This document shows, in pieces, positions 56,690 through 64,000 of a stretch of DNA of 64,000 bases (the first letter of the stretch is position 1; each line of letters starts with the position of its first letter). The notes beneath the pieces are model-generated. The model saw only the letters and a list, made by a program, of their open reading frames with translations, had not been told where the DNA came from and ran no database searches. The DNA comes from a virus. Its lineage: Duplodnaviria; Caudoviricetes. The translations under genes were made by a program, and so were the position numbers. The DNA is taken from the IMG/VR virus record IMGVR_UViG_3300031555_001519, positions 1-64,000 of that record; one strand, 5' to 3'.

Positions 56690-57043
56690 TTACTCTGTTA
56701 TTTCTTCGTCTAATGCTTTAATTCCACATTCGCATAACACATCAATTGTCATTTCATTTGTTTGAAAATCTATTGCCCAATTATATTGATGTTTGCCATA
56801 TAAGATTTCTGGTACATATAATTTTTCTACTTCTATTTTGGCAACTTCAAATTCTGCGTTAATCCTAGATAACTCCTCTGAATATTTTAAAAATGGTTTA
56901 CTTACAAACAAACTATCATCCGCATCATTCTTGTGTGACTCGATTAGTTTTGCTATTACTTCCTCCCTAGTTTTTACCTCAAACTGTAATCTCTGAATAT
57001 AGTTAATCATTTCCTGTTCAATATTTACTTTAATTGTTTTCAT
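56690..57043 (-). CDS. Accessory protein of the CXXX-repeat modification system
   Basis: Lies between precursor and maturase; WAIDFQTNEM C-terminus. Confidence 0.55.
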   Translation of the reverse strand: MKTIKVNIEQEMINYIQRLQFEVKTREEVIAKLIESHKNDADDSLFVSKPFLKYSEELSRINAEFEVAKIEVEKLYVPEILYGKHQYNWAIDFQTNEMTIDVLCECGIKALDEEITE

Positions 57044-57080
57044 TTATAAAATCTCCTTTTATTATTTTTATGTTAAATTG

Positions 57081-58214
57081 TTAAGCAATTCCAGTTGCAC
57101 TACCAAAACATTGTGAAGTACAAGAGGAGTAGCAAGTGGAACTACATGTGCTACTGCAAGAGTTTTGGCAACCAGTTTGACATGAACTACTACAGTTTGA
57201 ACCACAGCTTCCGCCACAGCTACTACATCCACTACAACCTGAGCATCCTTCACATGAGCTTGTACAACCTGAACAACCTAAGCATCCACTTGTGCATCCT
57301 GTACACCCCAAATAGCAACTTGAGCCACATCCGGCTGTACATGCAGTACAACTAGAACATCCTGTACAGCTTCCACTACATCCTGCACATGATGAACCAC
57401 ATGAATACAAACACATACCTGTACATGTACCAACACATCCACCACATCCTGAGCATCCATTACAACTTGCAGCACAGTCACTACACGAAGACCAGCTATT
57501 ATTATTACAAGTAGCACTACACGAATTACCACACGATGAAGAACAGTTTCCGGTACAAGAGTTGCAACCAGAGCTACACCCTCTACTACAAGTACCAGAA
57601 CACGAACCTGTACAAGCAGCTCCACATGAGGAACCACAGTCGCCACATGATGTACATCCTGTACAACCACTACATTTTGACATACAAGAATACCCACATG
57701 TTCCAGTACAGCTAATACATCCACCAGAACATTGTGAATCACAGGAGCCACCACAACCAGAACAAGATCCACAGGCATTACCACAGCCCCCACATCCAGA
57801 ACAACCTGAAGAACAACCTGAGCATCCACTACAAGTTCCACTGCAACCACTACAAACACTAAAGCATGTACCGACACATAATCCAGTACACGCCCCTCTG
57901 CATGATGAAGAGGCACCCGTTGTAGATTCTTTTGCTAAGTTGTCAACATAAGTTAATAAACTTGAAGTGATATTTTTATCTGGAATGGGTTCGCCTTTCA
58001 CTACATTTTTTAAACCACTTATGTCTTTTATTTTTAATAGTAAATCAATTGTTTTTTGTCCTTGTTCAGCATATATTTTACTCCCTGAACTTGGTGTGTT
58101 TGAAAAATCATACGTGGATGTAGCATATGTACTTAAAGAACCATAACCTGACCTTCTTGCCATTTCTGCTTTTACTTTTGATTTTAAAGATATCAATTCT
58201 TGTGCTGTTATCAT
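57081..58214 (-). CDS. Cys-rich CxxC/CxxxC-repeat protein, probable maturase substrate
   Basis: 104-aa Cys-free N-terminus, then ~73 Cys in Ser/Gly/Thr-rich repeats; AAGGAGG RBS. Confidence 0.85.
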   Translation of the reverse strand: MITAQELISLKSKVKAEMARRSGYGSLSTYATSTYDFSNTPSSGSKIYAEQGQKTIDLLLKIKDISGLKNVVKGEPIPDKNITSSLLTYVDNLAKESTTGASSSCRGACTGLCVGTCFSVCSGCSGTCSGCSGCSSGCSGCGGCGNACGSCSGCGGSCDSQCSGGCISCTGTCGYSCMSKCSGCTGCTSCGDCGSSCGAACTGSCSGTCSRGCSSGCNSCTGNCSSSCGNSCSATCNNNSWSSCSDCAASCNGCSGCGGCVGTCTGMCLYSCGSSCAGCSGSCTGCSSCTACTAGCGSSCYLGCTGCTSGCLGCSGCTSSCEGCSGCSGCSSCGGSCGSNCSSSCQTGCQNSCSSTCSSTCYSSCTSQCFGSATGIA

Positions 58215-58229
58215 TTATCCACCTCCTTA

Positions 58230-58745
58230 TTAAGACCATGTTCCATAACCAGTACCTACAACTCCTAATACAGTTTTACCGGCAACAAGCTTGTCTGCTG
58301 TGAGTCCAATTGCGCTTGCTAATGCAGAATAAGATACATACACATATGCATTTGTATCATAATATCCTGAAGCAGGTATTTGTAATCTTACTCTACTGTT
58401 TGTAGTATCCAAAGATGAAACAGCAGATGTATTTGAACTTGCTTTATTGGCCATCGTACCGGTAATTTTTATATCATTAACATAAGCAGTATAACCGGAT
58501 AGAATATTACTTGCAGTTGCAGTAGCATCGGAAGTTTTTACTCCTGTTTGAATAACCATAATATTCTCAGCCATTGTAGCAAATGTAGCTGTTGCATCTG
58601 TAGCAACACCTTTGTCAGTAATAGCAGATGCAACTACTTTTTTTCCATTACTGACAGATTGAAAAAGTTCATTATACTTCGTATCTATGTAAGATTTTGC
58701 TTTTTGCCAGAAATATAACAAACCATCATGAGTTAAAAATTTCAT
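58230..58745 (-). CDS. Tail fibre-associated protein
   Basis: FQSVSNGKKVVASAITDKGV and DATATASNILSGYTAYV..ITGTM motifs. Confidence 0.7.
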   Translation of the reverse strand: MKFLTHDGLLYFWQKAKSYIDTKYNELFQSVSNGKKVVASAITDKGVATDATATFATMAENIMVIQTGVKTSDATATASNILSGYTAYVNDIKITGTMANKASSNTSAVSSLDTTNSRVRLQIPASGYYDTNAYVYVSYSALASAIGLTADKLVAGKTVLGVVGTGYGTWS

Positions 58746-58759
58746 AATTAGTCCCCCTT

Positions 58760-59566
58760 TTATACAATAATTTCATCAATTTCTGTATTCGTAATCGCTA
58801 CAATTCCCAATGCACTTTCATCGATAGTTATTGTTACTGCATTAGAACCATCATATGAAGTTGTAGTACCGTTAATATCAAATGATAATGCGGTTGGATT
58901 TTTTAATGTAGTTGGGAAATTTGTTATATCAGATAATATATGAGTGTGGATAGAGGGGATATATTCTGATGGCTTTCCTGTAATACCACTCCAATCAACA
59001 GAAGTAGCAGTACCAGCAGTATATTGCTCATAACCATTTTCTACTGTTAATTGAGTATCATCTATTACAAAGTACATCAATCCGGTTTCATTTACTTTTA
59101 CAGTATCACCTTTTTGAACATCATTTATTGTTAATGAAAACCTATCCATATCTGTTGCAACTACGACAAGTCTTTCTAATGCACCGACAGGCAATCTTGC
59201 AATATCAATAGTACCAGTTAATTTAGTGGCATCTAAGCTTATAATATCTGCATCCGTATGATTATGAATTATTTTTGCGGCATCGGTAATTCCATATTCA
59301 TTTAAAGTAGTTGGGTTACTACCACTTATGATATGTCCGTTTATATCAACGGTAACTTTTGTATAATCACCTGTCTCTACACCGCTTGTTGGATGAATAT
59401 ATTTGTTTGCACCTTCTTCAATTTCTGTTAATTTATTTTTCTCCTCAGTGGTATAATCATTTGTACTTAAATCTTTACCATCAACTTTATCTACTTTAGT
59501 TAACATTCTTGTTTTAATTTGTTCCCACAAATAAGTAAGACCGTTCATATCCAAATATTTAGCCAT
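58760..59566 (-). CDS. Tail fibre protein
   Basis: KVDKVDGKDLSTNDYT, YTKVTVDINGH, HxH repeats, VDWSGITGKP. Confidence 0.8.
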   Translation of the reverse strand: MAKYLDMNGLTYLWEQIKTRMLTKVDKVDGKDLSTNDYTTEEKNKLTEIEEGANKYIHPTSGVETGDYTKVTVDINGHIISGSNPTTLNEYGITDAAKIIHNHTDADIISLDATKLTGTIDIARLPVGALERLVVVATDMDRFSLTINDVQKGDTVKVNETGLMYFVIDDTQLTVENGYEQYTAGTATSVDWSGITGKPSEYIPSIHTHILSDITNFPTTLKNPTALSFDINGTTTSYDGSNAVTITIDESALGIVAITNTEIDEIIV

Positions 59567-59583
59567 AGTACATCTGCCTCCTA

Positions 59584-60345
59584 TTAATTATTTAAAACAT
59601 TATCAATTTCTTCCCTTGAAATGCTACTATTATCATTTTCACCAACACCTGCGTCATCATCTGCTAAAGATGCAGTACCATCAATAATTTTATCTATTTC
59701 TTCGTTTTTTATTTTTATAGAACCTAATAAAATATTCATTGATAAAACAGGAGTCCAAACAGGAGATGTATCATTTGGAAAATAACCAATATTATCATAA
59801 TTTGCAGTCCATAAAACATTATTACTGCTTACTAGGTCATATTGATAATATTGTGTAAATCCGTTCCACTCACCCCTTGGCGTTAATCCAAATCCAGATT
59901 CACCTTGGTCTCCACGAATAACTCTTGGAACCCAATAGGTTGTATTAGTTGGTGCAACTCCGATTGGCGTATCATCCCTTAAACATTCATAAGTTTGGAC
60001 AATATCACCTACTGTGTGAGTTACAAAATTATATTTCACATACTTAGACGCTGCGTTCCATTCTCCTTTATGAACTACAGTTTCGTGAATATAAGCCTGA
60101 ATATTATTCAAAAACAAGTCCTCAATTTCTTCCACTGTTTTAGTTACGTTGTTCATATAAACGCTATCAATAATACATTTTTTCAACTCGGCATTATTTT
60201 GTAGAAGAGTAGTAGCATTAGCAAATTGTCCATTGGCAATATGAGTATTAAATTGTTTCCAGTCGTTATATACACTACTTGATACATCAGTTTTCAAATC
60301 AAATCTTTGTACACTATCTGGAAAAGTTGTATAAGCATTTGCCAT
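59584..60345 (-). CDS. Tail/baseplate protein with carbohydrate-binding-like repeats
   Basis: Two GEWN...Y..Y..V....W repeats. Confidence 0.65.
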   Translation of the reverse strand: MANAYTTFPDSVQRFDLKTDVSSSVYNDWKQFNTHIANGQFANATTLLQNNAELKKCIIDSVYMNNVTKTVEEIEDLFLNNIQAYIHETVVHKGEWNAASKYVKYNFVTHTVGDIVQTYECLRDDTPIGVAPTNTTYWVPRVIRGDQGESGFGLTPRGEWNGFTQYYQYDLVSSNNVLWTANYDNIGYFPNDTSPVWTPVLSMNILLGSIKIKNEEIDKIIDGTASLADDDAGVGENDNSSISREEIDNVLNN

Positions 60346-60356
60346 ATTTTTCCCTC

Positions 60357-61769
60357 CTAACTGTACGGATCTTGGTCATAAAAAAGAACCATAGATACAT
60401 CTATGATTCCTCCAATCGTTGATCCGGTTATTTGTTTTATTACATATCTTTTTGTATCTTTAGTAGTGTAAGATTGATATTCTATCAACCAATTAACATC
60501 AAGCCATGGTATATCAATCATATTTATATTCGTAGTTTCTTGTAATCTACAAGCATGATATAGTTCATAATTTGCTCTGTCTTGAGCCAGCGAATTAGAA
60601 TATATCTTCTCAAATTCTCCACCGGTACATATTTTAGTCACTTCTTTAATCTTGTTCTTATGAAAAGGTGAACGTAGATTTGTTTCACTTGCTTCGGCAT
60701 ATACTTGATAAGAGCCTAATAAATAAAAATTATTATCAGCCTTCCTATACTTAAACACATTATATCCATTATTTAATGAATTTGCTTTTAATCTGTCACC
60801 ATTATCATAAGTAATGGGAAGTGCTATTCCGTTTAGGCTTAATATGGGATTTTCGCTATTTGTTTGAGGCATATAAACAGCATACTTACCAAAATTATTC
60901 AATCCATCTACCGTAGTAATAGTAGCAGTATAAGTATTAGTTGCAGCATTATATGTACATTGGTCTGTAGAATAATCTGGTTCAATTGATTGTCCCCATA
61001 CAATAATTCTGTTATAGACATCCTTAAATGAGGTATTAGACGTTTCACTAATAACTAATGGTGTGATAAACGAACTGTCCAGCATTATATTCGCACTATC
61101 TTGATGAGGGATTTTTTGAATTACAAATGTTCCATCAATATCAAAGAACATTTCAAAATAAGAGAAGAGTGATACTATTTCATTTAACGCATCATAGTAT
61201 GTTTTACTTTCATCAAATTCCATTTCGTATGGTATTTTCAAATTATCCATATCTGAAATAACAAATTTTCTAACCATTGTCTCAGATAACAATTTAACAA
61301 TAACGTCTCGAACTTTTTCACCTTCTTCAATCTTAATAGAACTTTTCAATGCGCCATTTCGTTCTCCATTTAATTCACTCATTAAATCTGAACATGACAA
61401 TGATAAAACATTGGTAGATACGTCAAAAGTGTAATTGCTATCTAACATAGTGAAAGTACCTTTAAGATATTTTATAATATTAGATGTTCTATTTTCTTTG
61501 ATTCCAATATATGGTCTTATATATTTATCCATCCATATGCGTTTATCATAACCAATTAGCATAGAAGAGTCAGTGACTAATAACTCCATAGAATAAGTTC
61601 TTCTTATTGCCGAATTTGCATCAATAGAAAATGAATCTGAAATCAATTTTCCCTCAATATAATCTATAACCTTAAAATCAGAATTAAGAAGCTCTACAAT
61701 TATAGATAGATCTTTTGTAGATTGATTTACAATATTTTTATCAGTTTGAGTGATTATCATAAATATCAC
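60357..61769 (-). CDS. Tail hub/baseplate protein (DUF5048-like)
   Basis: IRRT, CSDLMSELNGERNG, MFFDIDGTF; tail-operon context. Confidence 0.65.
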   Translation of the reverse strand: MIFMIITQTDKNIVNQSTKDLSIIVELLNSDFKVIDYIEGKLISDSFSIDANSAIRRTYSMELLVTDSSMLIGYDKRIWMDKYIRPYIGIKENRTSNIIKYLKGTFTMLDSNYTFDVSTNVLSLSCSDLMSELNGERNGALKSSIKIEEGEKVRDVIVKLLSETMVRKFVISDMDNLKIPYEMEFDESKTYYDALNEIVSLFSYFEMFFDIDGTFVIQKIPHQDSANIMLDSSFITPLVISETSNTSFKDVYNRIIVWGQSIEPDYSTDQCTYNAATNTYTATITTVDGLNNFGKYAVYMPQTNSENPILSLNGIALPITYDNGDRLKANSLNNGYNVFKYRKADNNFYLLGSYQVYAEASETNLRSPFHKNKIKEVTKICTGGEFEKIYSNSLAQDRANYELYHACRLQETTNINMIDIPWLDVNWLIEYQSYTTKDTKRYVIKQITGSTIGGIIDVSMVLFYDQDPYS

Positions 61770-62653
61770 ACACCTTCCACATCAACATCTGATAGTCCGG
61801 CATTGAATAAATCTGTAGTACTATCACAATCGCCAACTTCAGTAAATACTATATTACAAACCACATTATCAGGATGACCATCAACAGTCTGAGTAATAGT
61901 ATTACCAGCACTAACTAACCATCTTTGTCCTTGGTCATCTTTAAGAACAATAGAATCATTTTCTGCTAAAAAATTCATAACTTCTCTACGATAAGCCGGA
62001 GCATTATCTATATCAAGTTCACAACCAATCATGGGAATAAAACTCGCACTCATTGAAATAGAGTCGTATTGTGATATTCCATTAGTGATTACAAAAGGTT
62101 TCTTTTTTCCTAAAGTGGTTATGAATTCTCTATTCTGATTACTTGTCACTTCTAAAGATAAATTAACAAACGCTTTATATTGTTTTGTCTGAGTACATAA
62201 ATAGCAACCGTCAAAATCTGATACCACGGTATTAGTTATATAGCTTGATTCTATATTATTTAAAACTGGAACAATTGCAAGTTCATATACTGTTTTATTA
62301 CCTTTTAGAAAATAATAAGTTCTAGCAAAATCAAAATCTTCTTCTGAATGAACCTCGTATTCATAAATAGTTGTCCACAGCGTTTTCCCATATTCACGAA
62401 CTTTAATACGCATAGAAGTTATTGCACTGATAGGGATAAGTATATTTCCGGCAAGTAAATTACCTTTAAATGTAGCCCAGAATATCGTGTTCATATCCCA
62501 TACCAAGTCACCTGGCATTTTATTATAATCAGCATTTGAACTTACATACAAATCATTTATGCAAAAATTAGTAATGTCAACAGAATATAAAGTATCGGCC
62601 TTACTTGGTTTTAAAATGTCTGAGCCAATAGATGTAGCACCTAAAAATATCAT
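61766..62653 (-). CDS. Tail/baseplate structural protein
   Basis: Operon context; FTEVGD C-terminus. Confidence 0.6.
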   Translation of the reverse strand: MIFLGATSIGSDILKPSKADTLYSVDITNFCINDLYVSSNADYNKMPGDLVWDMNTIFWATFKGNLLAGNILIPISAITSMRIKVREYGKTLWTTIYEYEVHSEEDFDFARTYYFLKGNKTVYELAIVPVLNNIESSYITNTVVSDFDGCYLCTQTKQYKAFVNLSLEVTSNQNREFITTLGKKKPFVITNGISQYDSISMSASFIPMIGCELDIDNAPAYRREVMNFLAENDSIVLKDDQGQRWLVSAGNTITQTVDGHPDNVVCNIVFTEVGDCDSTTDLFNAGLSDVDVEGV

Positions 62654-63663
62654 ACGTCCACCTCCATATCAAATAAGGTGTTTTTCCTTTTTACACGTAG
62701 AACAATCTCTTGTGAATGATAGGGATTGATTCTGGTTATCATATATGTGTTATTGATATATCTTGCAATAAGTTCAAAATAATATATATCTTTATACTTA
62801 TCATATTTGTACGCAACAATTATAGATTCATCATTCCCTGATAAGTACAATATATTTGAACCTACTTCAAATCCATAACCTCGTATCAATAATGAGAAAT
62901 CATTAGAAATAACAAATCCCTTATTAAAATGAACTACATTGTTTGTTAGGTCTGCGATCTCATTATCAATATAAGTCACTTCGGATTCAGATGTGCCTTC
63001 TACCGATACAATATTAGACTTAATATATACACCACCAGTGTCATACATATTCTGAAGCTCGCATACAAAATATGTTTCGGATTTAACAAAATCAACTGAA
63101 AAACTTATTTGTCCGGTAGTTAATTGCATACCATTGATTGTTTCACCGGTAGCAATAATAATATAATGACTATTATCTTGCAAATTAGTTACTCTTACAG
63201 TGTCCAAAATATATCTAATATTTGAGTCATATACAATTGCATTTGCAGAATTATATACTCTAATCCTATAAGATTGTAATAGCTCGTCTTCTGGCTGTGA
63301 ATAAGTAATATTTACCCCATATGTTTGTGCTCTAATAATTTGGTCTGGAGCAATATTTATTTGAAAGGTTGGTGTGGTAATACAGTAGAAGAGAAGTGTA
63401 TCAGACCATTCAGAATCTTTCCCATCAACATCTGTTACTTTTACAGATGCATTATATAATGTTCCATTTCTTAATCCGGACGAAGCCGGTACAGAATGCT
63501 CAGGCCTCATTGTAAGTAACGTTTTTTCATACATAATAACATTTGTATTGTTATCTCTTATAATTAAAGTGTTACTATAAATTTGATTACCAAGCCATGA
63601 AAATTTAATAGTACTTCCATATGCAGAATCGAAGGATGGTATTAAAAATAAACTAGGTTTCAT
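62650..63663 (-). CDS. Baseplate protein with FnIII/Ig-like domains
   Basis: Beta-rich; LRNGTLY..V....SEWS pattern. Confidence 0.6.
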   Translation of the reverse strand: MKPSLFLIPSFDSAYGSTIKFSWLGNQIYSNTLIIRDNNTNVIMYEKTLLTMRPEHSVPASSGLRNGTLYNASVKVTDVDGKDSEWSDTLLFYCITTPTFQINIAPDQIIRAQTYGVNITYSQPEDELLQSYRIRVYNSANAIVYDSNIRYILDTVRVTNLQDNSHYIIIATGETINGMQLTTGQISFSVDFVKSETYFVCELQNMYDTGGVYIKSNIVSVEGTSESEVTYIDNEIADLTNNVVHFNKGFVISNDFSLLIRGYGFEVGSNILYLSGNDESIIVAYKYDKYKDIYYFELIARYINNTYMITRINPYHSQEIVLRVKRKNTLFDMEVDV

Positions 63664-63675
63664 AAATACCTCCTT

Positions 63676-63918
63676 TTATAATATAATTGCATTTGTCCAG
63701 TTATTTTCCGGCAATAATACGTAAACAAATTGATTAGGTTCATAGGTATTTTTACCGATAACGGTATGTTCAACATTGTCTTTTATAACTATGTACTTGT
63801 TATCCGATATTCTTGATACAACCCTACATTTGTATGTTTTATCAAACTTAGCTGTTTCAATTATTTTATTGCAAACTGCAAAGATTGTATCGGATAAAGC
63901 ATTGCTTATTTCTCGCAT
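63676..63918 (-). CDS. Small baseplate/tail protein
   Basis: AAGGAGG RBS before ATG 63918; VLLPENNW. Confidence 0.65.
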   Translation of the reverse strand: MREISNALSDTIFAVCNKIIETAKFDKTYKCRVVSRISDNKYIVIKDNVEHTVIGKNTYEPNQFVYVLLPENNWTNAIIL

Positions 63919-63942
63919 GTTATCCCTCCTTAACGAAAAAGT

Positions 63943-63980
63943 AAAAAAAGGGGCAATCATAAATTAATATGATCGCCCCT
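63943..63980 (-). terminator. Rho-independent terminator
   Basis: AGGGGCAATCATA/TATGATCGCCCCT with an A tract on the + strand. Confidence 0.7.
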
Positions 63981-64000
63981 TACATTATTTAGAGTGTAGT

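Noticed and set aside
57068-57951. Overlapping ORFs (Val-rich 57278..57916 and 57068..57253; Pro/Gln/His-rich 57562..57951; 57095..57355)
   Set aside because: Shadow frames produced by the TGT/GGT/TCA codon repeats of the Cys-rich gene.

Overview
This AT-rich 64-kb window is part of a large temperate phage of a Firmicutes host (probably Clostridia), with SPbeta-like gene order. The + strand (1-52.4 kb) carries: early accessory genes; a putative lysogeny-control trio (XerC/D-like recombinase, DGQHR/DndB-like protein, MrpR/YopR-like repressor); NAD-dependent ligase; RNA-repair genes flanking a cluster of tRNAs and tRNA-like RNAs; an ABC-transporter/PspA/OmpA cassette; a replisome (SSB-like, Sak4-like ATPase, DnaB-like helicase, primase, DnaE, RecD2); nucleotide-metabolism genes (NrdDG, ThyX-like, dUTPase); many small cassette-like genes; and Xis/Int with a probable intact attP. 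The - strand (52.8-64 kb) carries a Rep initiator with iterons, a TubZ/TubR/centromere-like partition module, and the end of the tail operon. That operon terminates in a radical-SAM maturase, an accessory protein and a 377-aa protein with about 73 Cys. The most striking unexplained signal is a non-coding array (2363-3171) of five ~174-nt units, each a ~100-nt imperfect hairpin of different sequence followed by a conserved ATGAAAC-N3-TA-N-AGA motif. The units show compensatory and G:U changes, a sixth unit is cut by the left window edge, and an orphan HicA-like gene follows the array. Other highlights are the tail-linked RiPP-type modification cluster, a dispersed 17-bp operator, a 6-5-6 junction motif between small genes, and aberrant tRNA-like RNAs. 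All protein family calls are by motif recognition only; no database search was run.
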